From assembly GCF_006345805.1 (NCBI RefSeq), contig NC_042998.1:169260001-169324000 (forward strand): a stretch of DNA of 64,000 bases, in the 5' to 3' direction. Of the stretch, positions 54,124 through 64,000 are shown in pieces (within the stretch, counting starts at the first letter, position 1; each line of letters opens with the position of its first letter). Made by a program: the position numbers and the translations under genes. This stretch comes from Octopus sinensis. Lineage: Eukaryota. A model generated the notes under the pieces. It was not told the DNA's origin and made no database searches. It saw nothing but the letters and a program-made list of their open reading frames with translations.

Positions 54124-54689
54124 CAAAGTGGAGTTGTAAGGTACCGCACGAATGGAATTATATATGAAAGAAGGTTTGAAAATGCAATTTTAAAAGATGT
54201 TTATTTACTTGAACGGTTTCACTTTTTTAGAAAAAGATTGTCAAAAGTAACTTGTAAAAGCTTGGTTGTGTTAGGTACTGGTTGTCACAAAATATTACAA
54301 TATATATATATACATTCTTTGATAAAAATAACATGTTAAAAACAGTTTACAAGGGAAAATCTTGGGAAAATATAAAAAAGTTTAACAAGTTCATTAAAAT
54401 ATTGGGCACAAAAGATGGATCTTTTCTATTCTGAAGCCAGGACCACAGATCTTTCTACTTAACTAAATAATCTGAAACTTCGTATGCTGATAGAGTCTAG
54501 CAAAACAAGACACAGGTTGGAACTAGTTTATTTGAGAAAAATCTATTTTATGACTTTAATCGTAGATTAAAACTGCGAATTTTAACCAATCAGATTGTTT
54601 GTTTTCATGTGTAAAACTTGACTGCATTCTATTAGTGTGACGTAGAAAGCGCTTTTGTGACGTACTAACGTTCGGAAAACTGTAAACAA

Positions 54690-54750
54690 ACACGGCAGAC
54701 GAAATACGGCTACGCATTTCGCCCGGCGTGCTAACGTTTCTGCCAGCTCT
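54690..54750 (-). mobile_element. Isolated SINE-B head
   Basis: ggcagacgaaatacggctacgcatttcgcccggcgtgctaacgtttctgccagctc. Confidence 0.8.
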
Positions 54751-54949
54751 TTGCTTTTTTAATATTAAATTTCGGCGAAGTTTCGCTTGTCGTAGCACAA
54801 GTTTTCCGTCGATTTCTGTAAAAAACTTTTATTTTTTTATATAAGTAATGAGAGCGAAAGAGACTAAGAGGAAGCGATTTTATGACGAGGGAAGTTTGTC
54901 TTTGAAGTTACCGTCTAGGGGAAGCATTGATGTACATGTGTGTGTGTGT

Positions 54950-55085
54950 GTGTGTGTTTGATGGGGTGTGGGAGACAGTGTGTTGTGTAAGTGAAGTGCT
55001 TCTGTTAGTGTGTGTGTGTGTGTGTGTTTGATGGGGTGTGGGAGACAGTATGTTGTGTAAGTGAAGTGCTTCTGTTAGTGTGTGT
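54950..55085. repeat. Two-copy tandem duplication of about 68 nt bounded by (GT)n
   Basis: tttgatggggtgtgggagacagt(g/a)tgttgtgtaagtgaagtgcttctgttag occurs twice with one mismatch. Confidence 0.9.
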
Positions 55086-55899
55086 GAAGAGACAGAGAGA
55101 GTAATGTGTGAAAGAGAGAGATAACTGAAATTTTTTACTCGGTGTATGTGTATATGTATGTCTGCATGTATGTGTGTGTGTGTATGTATCTATGTATGTA
55201 TGGCCAATTCATCGTAATTACGATTACGATGAATCGGCTATACATACATACACACACACACATACATACACACACACACATACTTACACATACATACACA
55301 CACACATACATGCAGACATACAGAATGGAAACATTTTCAATTAATACATGTGGCTTATTAACTAGTTTTAAATATTGTTATTAGAAGGTGGCTGACTTGT
55401 TTACATTTAAGATGTTAAATACGTCACGAAATTGGTGGTCGAGACGGAGTAAATAAAATAAAGCCGAATGACGGAATATCATTGGTTAAAATTCTAATTA
55501 TTAAACAACGTTAAACTTAGAAGTTACAATTCCGTTTTCATTCTGGTTTACAATTAAGTTTACTTTTGACACATTCTACCAGTATACGAAGTTTCAAATT
55601 GTTTGGTTCAGTAGGAAAAATTTGAAAAAACTGGCCTCAAAATAGAAAAGATCCCAAAAGATTGCAATATATATATACATTCTTAAGAAAATGTTAAAAA
55701 CAGAATTACTAAAAAGTTCAGAGGAATATTGGTATTGTATCTGTATATATACACACAGAAAATTATAAGTTCAAAAAGGTTACATTTCAGTAGCAGGGTA
55801 GTTTTAACTGACCTGATTCACCATATTATCGTAAAATATTTACAAGCAGTCGACCGTGCATACCAGCCTTCTTTCTCCACACCACCAATACCATCCAAT

Positions 55900-56076
55900 A
55901 GAAAGGTAAAGGCCGATACAGCTTGGCACCAGTGACGTCGCAACTCATTTCTACAGCTGAATGAACTGGAGCAACGTGAAATAAAGTGTCTAGCTCAAGA
56001 ACACAATACACAGACCGATCCGGGAATCGAACTCACTACTTCATTATTGTGAGCCAAACCCTCTAACCACTGAGTC
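55900..56076 (-). mobile_element. tRNA-derived SINE family D
   Basis: Minus strand gactcagtggttagag (A box), gagttcgattcccgg (B box), tgtgttcttgagctagacac...gctccagttcattcagctgtagaaatgag. Confidence 0.8.
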
Positions 56077-56914
56077 TGGGAATAGAGTGATGTGGATGTA
56101 TTCGATTTTGGAGAACGTTTTCAAATTACTGTACTTCTGTTTGATTTTATTTGTTTGTTTTTTAATACATCAAAAAAATTGCCCTGCGTCTAAAGTGGTC
56201 GTATTACTGATGGAAGACCGAGTATGAGAAATTCTAGAAAAATGGATGAGATGTTAACAAACTTTCATCCATCAACCAGTTATTCGCAATGAATGAATGA
56301 ATGAATGAGAAAATCATAGCGGTGGTGCGCCACCCTGGTGGTCAGTAGTGGTTACATAAAAAGATTACAGTCAGAAATACGAGTCCTGCAATTCAGTGAC
56401 ATCAGTTATAGTCCAAAAACGTGTTTTTATAATGTCTAGGTGGATAATTTTCTCCCGGGAATGTTCCTGTAACGAAAGGTCTCCCAGGAACAGAAGGCAC
56501 GGAAAATGGCTGGATGAACTGCTTGATGGATTTCGTAAAGGTAGTGAATTAGAAGAATCGGTAGGACTGTATAAAAACTGAATATATCTACGTCCCTTTA
56601 CATTAGGAGTCGACTGTGCTTTGTGTTATCTGGCAATGGATAAAATGAGTACCAGTTAAATGTTGGAATCGATATATTCGACTACATAATCTCAAATTTA
56701 AACATTGGCTTGCCTACCTACGAGAACATACAATACATCGTTATGTGCAGACAATACGTACTAGCAAGGGTTTGTCACCTTAAAAAGGAAATTTGTATTT
56801 ATATCTCTCGAAATGTTCAGTAAAGTTTAACTTTTACAATTACATCAAATAGAGTCAGAGAACAGACGGAAGACTTTCGGTCTATCAAATTAAAACCATA
56901 TGAAAATATATTAT

Positions 56915-57070
56915 ACATCAATATTGGTAGAATCGTTTAAGCATCGAACAAAGTGCCTTTGCAAGATATAGTTACGGCTCTTTACGTTCTGATTTCAAAT
57001 ACTGCTGGAGTTAACTTTGCCTTTCTTCCTTCCAGGTGTAATTTAACCACTGCAGTCGATTTAATCAATT
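56915..57070 (+). mobile_element. SINE-B, strongly diverged
   Basis: ggtagaatcgtt...ttacgttctgatttcaaat...aactttgcctttc. Confidence 0.6.
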
Positions 57071-57095
57071 AAACCCAGAAAATATATTACCTTGA

Positions 57096-57142
<47 letters not shown>

Positions 57143-57778
57143 GTCTCACTTTCTCCCTTTCTTCTCCCTCTCATTGAATTCTGCACAATATTCCTAAAAT
57201 AGTATTCAATAAAGATTTATTACGTAAATATGATATTTTCATTTATATATATATATGTGTGTGTGTGTATACGCACACAATATTTTCAATATGATGTTTC
57301 ACCAATTACATTTTTATTTTTTCATCACATCTTCTGAATGAAAATTTGTTTCCCAAACACGTAAAACATTTTTAGATTGGATAAAGAGATTTTTCTCACG
57401 TATTTAATATGTGCATTACGTTATATGAAATTTGAGATTATTATATTCGTCGATATTGCCTATTTTGTCAATGAGAGCAGAGCGTATTTCAAGTGTCTTT
57501 GGAAACTTACAGTAAAATTTTGCAATTAATACAAATTGTATAACACAACCATCGAAAAGTTGCGATGTAATACAATTTAAATAAAAATCGACTGTCTATC
57601 AATAATGGGATATTCATTTTAGTGGTGGACTTATCTTAGGTGCTACTTCGGTTATGTATCATGTGTGAGCTACTTAGATCGACTTCTGGTTTCTCCATAT
57701 TTTCCATTATTCGCTCTAAACAATCTATCATGGTTTATCTACACAGTCATCATTCAATTTTCTTCCGTTTTGCATTTT

Positions 57779-57836
<58 letters not shown>

Positions 57837-57837
<1 letters not shown>

Positions 57838-58390
57838 GTGATCTGATCAATAAGTATCCGGACTGTTGCTATAGTAACGAAGCTAAAGCAAGTAGAGCAA
57901 AGCCACTTGGCACAGATTGACCTTAAACTCTGCTTTGCATGCGCACTAAGTTTTAACGTTCTAGCTCACTTCTATTGTTTACAGCAGTACTTGGAAGGAA
58001 GGTGTGTAGCATGTGATTGTCGCATTGCCCACGACAGAGAAAACTGAGCAGAGAATCTACTTCAAATTTTGCGAAAAGCTTGGCGATACCTGTTCAGAGA
58101 CCTAAACAAAGTTTTCAAAAATGTCTCATCGTTCTCGATGCAATCAGGGAGATTTTGTGCAACTGAAACCCGAGTGACTTTTTGGCCAGCTGAAATCAAT
58201 TTTGGCACACACTTGGCAGAAACGCACCTCATATCCAAATCTTCAGTGATAATGGACTGAAATGAACTGTAACTAATCTGCACATCCTCTGATAACTTAC
58301 GGATGGTGATTCGACGATTTCCCCTCACAGCTGCTTACACATCTGCGATGTTTTTCTCAGTTCTGCTGGTTGCAGGTCTCCCAGAACATA
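57837..58390. mobile_element. Mariner remnant: 5' TIR and N-terminus on plus, internal segment inverted on minus
   Basis: Plus TEKTEQRIYFKFCEKLGDTCSET (58031-58104); minus SGRPATSRTE...NRRITIRKLSEDV...VSAKCVPKLI (58105-58390). Confidence 0.8.
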
Positions 58391-59053
58391 AAGAAACTTG
58401 AACTTGCTCAAGTTGTAGAACGTTCAGTTGGTATGCAAGAAATGCAGAACCGAAACTAATAATCTGCAATCCATTCCCTTTTCTTGTGTTTCGCTCTATT
58501 TTTAACTAAATATTTCACGAATTCTCTGTTTTTAAATTAAGTCTCAGACATTAATTAAACTATAATTAAACTATAATTAAACTATAAATGTATAGTGTCA
58601 TTGTTCTTACATAATAATATTAACATTGCAATAAAAGAAATTTTACTAATTTCATATTCCCCCAGATTGGTTTCAGTACCCAAAGGATAAGGAATATATT
58701 CTGTAGGAAAATTAGGGAAATATTTATGGTTAAGGGGAAGTAATAACTAGGGTAAGTGGCCTAAATTGGAGACTGCTGGTCGACCATCCAGTGCACCTAA
58801 TCAGTGGGCTGACTAGCCCATCAGACAGCTAATTTCACCGCTAATTGGCTAAACAATCTATAAATCAGTCAGCCTAGTGGTCTATTGAATAAGTAAAAGT
58901 AAATTGGAAAGAAAACGGAGTTGAAGTATCTTTTACGACTTGCAGTGAAATAAACGACAGACTAGGAAACTGTTGAACACCAATGAATGTCAAATAAAAA
59001 TAAATTACATTATTTAGATTTGACGGATATTTGTCCTCATCTTGTTTGTTGTT

Positions 59054-59099
59054 AACACAACGTTTCGGCTGTTATACCCTCCAGCCTTAATCAGGTGCC
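59054..59099 (-). ncRNA. Minimal type I hammerhead ribozyme motif (core CUGAUUA, one deviation)
   Basis: ggcac-CTGATTA-a-ggctg-gagggtataa-cagcc-GAAA-CG-TT-gtgtt; stems I and II pair; stem III is the palindrome ACGU. Confidence 0.65.
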
Positions 59100-59159
59100 T
59101 TGGGAAAATTTCGAACCTAAGCAGACATTCGTAAGGTATTTTTCGATGTTATTATTACT

Positions 59160-59192
<33 letters not shown>

Positions 59193-59269
59193 TTCATTAT
59201 CATCATCCTCATCATTATAACATCGAAAAATACCTTAGGAATGAGAGCCCAGGTTCGAAATTTCCCCAA

Positions 59270-59315
59270 GACACCTGATGAAGGTTGGAGGGTATATCAG
59301 CCGAAACGTTTTGTT
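59270..59315 (+). ncRNA. Minimal type I hammerhead ribozyme motif (intact CUGAUGA core, stem I mismatch)
   Basis: gacac-CTGATGA-a-ggttg-gagggtatat-cagcc-GAAA-CG-TT-ttgtt. Confidence 0.7.
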
Positions 59316-59719
59316 AACAACAAACAAGATGAGGACAAATATCTGTCAAGTGTAAATGATGTAAATAATGTGCATAGTTCTTCAGCTGTTAAATATAGAA
59401 AAATAAATTATTGTAATATTACTGAAAATAAATCAAAAATATTTCAGATTGTAAAGTGTCCACTTGGTAGGTAAGAGGTGCTGAGTTTAAGACACTTACC
59501 TTCCAGCTAGTCTGCTTTCTTACACATTTCGTTACAAAATATACAATCCTACGAATGCTCGCATCTATCCTTTTAGCTTCCGGAATTAAATTTATTAAGT
59601 ATATGTGCAATGTGAATGTATTCGAAATATTTATGTAACAATATTTATGTAACTGAGTCACTTATTTATATTTCAATTTAGATATCACCTCTGGCATGAG
59701 TCGTTATATGTCACTATAG

Positions 59720-60060
59720 CTACAATAGATGCAGGCATGAGTGCGTGGTTGAGAAGCTCGTCTTGCAACCACAAGGTTTCTGGTTCAGTCCCACTGAATG
59801 GCACCTTGAGCAAGTGTCGTCTATTATAGCCCCAGGCCGACCAAATCCTTGTGAGTGGATTTGGTAAACGGAAATTCTGTGGAAGCCCGTCATATGTGTG
59901 TGTGTGTGCGTGCGTGTGTGTGTATATGTTAGAGTAGGTACCAAATTTTAAAAATATAAAATGAGGTATATTTGTTCGACTAAGCCCGTCAAGGCGGTAC
60001 CTCAACATGTCTGCAGTCCAATGGCTGAAACAAGTAAAAGATTAAAAGATAAAAAGATAC
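59720..60060 (+). mobile_element. SINE-A, internally deleted
   Basis: gcaggcatgagtgcgtggttgagaagc...ggttcagtcccactg...; tail cagtccaatggctgaaacaagtaaaaga. Confidence 0.8.
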
Positions 60061-60119
60061 AGCCACTCCATATAGTTCTAAGTAATAAATATATTGCTAT
60101 CGTAGCAATAAAGAAACAT

Positions 60120-60700
60120 CCTTAACTTTGCAAAGACTGCATCACAAAGACTAGCCAAAATGCGAAAAAGGGGGCAGAAAATTTCTGCATCTTCACATCC
60201 CACATCCCAGCTTGTAACCCTCTACAAAGCTCAAGTAAGCCCCATAATGCTCCCAGGCTCTGAATTATGCTGCTGATGCTGATGCTGATGCTACTGATGC
60301 TGATGCTGCTGTTAAACACAGATGTAACTGACTGCATTCAAAGCAGATCATCCGACTGATATTAACATCAAAATCACTCACCAAGGCACCCTAGCCTCTG
60401 CCTTACGGTCGCACAATTTCCTCTCTCTGCCTTTTCTATCGCTACTTGAATGGTATTAGTTTTTCAGAGCTGGTTGGTCTGATATTAACCTCCATTCACT
60501 CGTCTCTCGTCCTCTTGCCACATTCTTTGTGTCAGCCATCGAGGCTCAGCACTAACCTCTACATCTATTCCTTTCTTTCTAGAAGGTCGGCCCTCTAAAA
60601 TTCTTTCACAACCCGTTAACTTGCAACTAAATACCCAAATACATCTCAGTCGACCTCTTTCGGTCATCCAGACGCTGCCTGGTCGAGGAGCAAGCTTTTT
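60120..60700 (+). mobile_element. Decayed CR1/Jockey-group LINE C-terminal fragment with an internal (GCTGAT)n repeat
   Basis: AKTASQRL, QLVTLYKAQVSPIM, SLCLFYRYLNG...SEL motifs. Confidence 0.7.
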
Positions 60701-60757
60701 CTCTATGCGTGCGAATGTAGACTTATCACTCTCTCACATTATAAAAGCATTATTCCA

Positions 60758-61227
60758 CAGGAGTGGCTGTGTGGTAAGTAGCTTGCTAACCAACCACATG
60801 GTTCTGGGTTCAGTCCCACTGCGTGGCATCTTGGGCAAGTGTATTCTGCTATAGCCCCGGGCCGACCAATGCCTTGTGAGTGGATTTGGTAGACGGAAAC
60901 TGAAAGAGGCCTGTCGTATATATGTATGTGTGTGTGTTTGTGTGTCTGTGTTTGTTCCCCTAGGTCTCTGAAGGCCTGCCAAGGCAATAAGCACAATCTT
61001 TTCTTCATACAAAACAACTCAATGATGATTTGTACATTTATTCTTAATACGTTCAGGCAGATTCAACCGATGCTGGCATGTTTACGTCCCCGTCACTTAG
61101 CGGTTCGGCAAAAGAGACCGATAGAATAAGTACTGGGCTTACAAAAAGAATAAGTTGCTCGACTAAAGGCGGTGCTCCAGCATGGCCGCAGTCAAATGAC
61201 TGAAACAAGTAAAAGAGTAAAAGAGTA
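60758..61227 (+). mobile_element. SINE-A containing a 105-nt insertion copied from downstream flank
   Basis: Head at 60758, insert 60962-61066, tail resumes at aaccgatgctgg and ends gtaaaagagtaaaagagta. Confidence 0.9.
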
Positions 61228-62805
61228 TGTCTTTCTCTCTAACAGTCACAGAGAAAAACAAGCTGACATACACAATGAACTCGAGACCAACAAACAAACT
61301 GTGTACACCATAAACCGTATTAATCACCAGGTCTCTGAAGGCCTGCCAAGGCAATAAGCACAATCTTTTCTTCATACAAAACAATTCAATGATGATTTGT
61401 ACATTTATTCTTAATACGTTCGGGCAGATTCAAACGCAAATATGCTAGTCGCTGTTGTGTATATCCTTTGAAGACCACAGTGAGATCAAAACACACTGGT
61501 CATTGGTACAATGGATTCTGGGACACCGTTGTTTCGACACGCTGTGTCTCGTCAAACAGAGGTAGCCAAACCTTTGAATCTAAACAAGCTACTAACTTTA
61601 TTTATAATGTCAGCGAACGAATTGTTTGCTGGTCAGTGTTGATGTCTGCTAACCAAAAAAATAAAAGGTTTTTGTAGTGGCTTGCTTAAGTTCAAACGTC
61701 GAGACACATGTCGAAACATTTGTCCTAGAATCCTTTGTGTCAATGAGCTGAGTGTATTTTGAACATTTCTTTGTGTTATAAGACCGTCTCAGAGAAGTAA
61801 AAATTTCGCTGTAATCTTAACAGAAGCAGTGATAAATGAAACTGTACGATAAAGGAAATTCGCATACATGGAAATGTAGAAATATTCAGAGAATAAATTA
61901 TTCTTATACACCTATTAAAATAAACAATATTTAAGCAAGTGTTGACATATTTAATACAGGGAGCAATTAAAGGTTACTGAGAAATATATTGTGATGGGGA
62001 AAAAATTATATTAGTCACAACATATTTTCTAAATATAAATTTATACAGCCTATAGAGTATATAGAATAGATACCCACATCCACATTACACATAAATGTAG
62101 GCGTGAGAGCGTGTTTCTAATTCATTATGTACGAGTGTGTATATGTATATGCATGTATGTGTACGTCTGTGTGTTGAGTATGAATGTACTGGTGAATAAA
62201 TGCACGTGCATTTATTTATTCGTGGATGAATTTACACAAATTTCATAACAAGTGTACATGCGCGTGTGTTTATATCAATATGGATATAATAAAATATGAT
62301 ATAATATAATTTACTTTTATTAACTTATGTTCAAGTAAAATACCATATAGCTATACAAATTCCCACTTATATGTACACGGTATTATTACATCAACATGGA
62401 TGCAGATCGTATAATAGGTTTACACGACATTCTCACATGAATGCATATATTCTATAATTTTGCACGTGACAGGCACATTCATTGTCATGATCATAAGCAT
62501 CATAAACTGTCAATGACACAAGGGAATAAACACGAACATTTCACCACTGCTTTTAAGATCATTATTAATGTAGGGAAAATACTAATTGCCAAAGTTCCTG
62601 TATATTTACCACCTCTTATCTGTGTATTCCGTTCTTCATTTTGCATTCTCTAATTAACGAATGAAGTTTCGTGAAATCTCACGTAACCAAATCCAAAGTG
62701 GTGACAGATTACTATTATTTATTAAGTGGAACATTTGAAAATTGCAATCTGTAATGCATGAAACCTGAGGTAATGTCTAATATGCACAAAGTGAATATAT
62801 ATATA

Positions 62806-62978
62806 TATACAAGAAGAAATGGAGGGAAACTAACAGGACGAAGTTGGTCGTTTGCGCTAGTAAGCCATTAATTTAATTGATTAATAAAGAAAAGTGGAAG
62901 TAATTTAAATTAATGGCTTACTAGCGCAAACGACCAACTTCGTCCTGTTATTTTTCTTCCATTTTCTTCTTGCATATA
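62806..62978. repeat. Fold-back element with a ~46-nt perfect inverted core
   Basis: taacaggacgaagttggtcgtttgcgctagtaagccattaatttaa and its exact reverse complement, separated by a ~30-nt spacer. Confidence 0.88.
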
Positions 62979-63611
62979 ATTTAAACTACGGTTTACCCGC
63001 TGAATTACCTGCTACTGTATACATTTTGCCAAGACTGTACCTACGCAGCTAATCACCAGGAGCGCCTTTGGATTTAACCTTAGAGGTTTTAAACACCTCT
63101 AACACCTATGTGTATATAATCCCTTTAAAGTTCGCTCTTATAAATATAATCATGCTTTTTATCAATATAGTCAAACAACTGGCAAAATGCACCTTAAGCC
63201 TGTCCAATTACATTTGGATTAAAAAAGCAAGAGCGGTGGTGTTTCAATTCTGATGATTAATTCTTGACCTCGCGACCTTCTATGAAGATAATAGTGTTCC
63301 TGCACATTTACACCAGAAACTCTACTTAAATAAGAAATCATTTATTATATATCAAGACAACAACAGATTAAATTAAAGATCAGAAATGTTAAGTCATTGC
63401 AAACATGCTTCGAAGCATTTATTTAGCAAGTATGTATTTCCGAAAGGCTAGTTCAAGAATTACGTATACCACATGGTTGAAAAATCAGTAAACTTAAATA
63501 TTTGAGACATATTTTCTCCGTATTTACATCTTTTAAAAACACCTCACTCTGTTAGAAATTGTTTACACACTCAATTTCCAACACTTCCAAATGTTTGCAT
63601 AAATGTATATA

Positions 63612-63820
63612 CGAGGGAATGCTGAAAAGTTCCTAGCTTTAAGGATATTGCACAAGGGCCTGGTTGAAGGCCCAACTTTCCGAGTTCTTTTACAGGGCTT
63701 AGGAAAACTGAAGGGCCGCTTCAATAAATGTGTGAATCTGAGAGAAGTGTATGTTGAACAAAATTATAATAAACTGATCGTCTGTTACCCAAAAGCCAGG
63801 AACTTTTCAGCACCCCTTCG
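63612..63820 (+). mobile_element. Mariner-derived MITE with TA TSD
   Basis: TIRs cgagggaatgctgaaaagttcctagcttt and aaagccaggaacttttcagcaccccttcg; retains a transposase C-terminal remnant LKGRFNKCVNLREVYVE. Confidence 0.88.
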
Positions 63821-64000
63821 TATTTTATTCATAGACACATACGAGAAAAACTCTCCCCGTCCAATGGACGGTGCTGAGTTGTCAAACATTTAAACCAACT
63901 TTTCTCAAAACAACTTGTCCGACCGTCCCATAGGCCTCCCCTTTGAGAAACACCGATTTAACCTAAATTTGAGACTCCAGCAAAAGAAGAAATAACGATA

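Larger units (their letters stand above)
59005..59364. mobile_element. Penelope-like fold-back: two inverted ~150-nt arms around an (ATC)n/(ATT)n spacer
   Basis: Arms 59005-59153 and 59213-59364 are approximate reverse complements; each carries a hammerhead motif. Confidence 0.8.

Noticed and set aside
54950-55085. CRISPR-like direct repeats
   Set aside because: Two-copy tandem duplication without unique spacers, in eukaryotic DNA with no cas genes.
56320-56345. CTCF-like ccaccagggtggcgc on the minus strand
   Set aside because: Has an extra base relative to the core spacing.

Overview
AT-rich, microsatellite-dense eukaryotic DNA, almost certainly from a cephalopod (octopus-type tRNA-derived SINEs; long (TA)n, (GATA)n and (TATG)n tracts). 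No prokaryotic systems, CRISPR arrays, rRNA or true tRNA genes were found, and no host gene could be called with confidence. The window is mostly mobile elements: a full-length Tx1/L1-clade retrotransposon (3580-9015), stacked R4/Dong-like fragments, RTE and CR1 fragments, a TIR-bounded pogo/Tigger element, several mariner remnants, a hAT-Buster inside a Helitron remnant, two non-autonomous Helitrons, four SINE families and about eight fold-back elements. Main observations: (1) the Tx1 element sits inside the tRNA-like head of a SINE with a perfect 17-bp target-site duplication; (2) a second SINE family carries the Tx1 3' end and occurs inserted into its own head; (3) the first SINE family shares a co-varying 3' hairpin with a CR1 LINE; (4) a Penelope-type fold-back carries two minimal hammerhead ribozyme motifs. 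Family names come from recognised motifs, not database searches.
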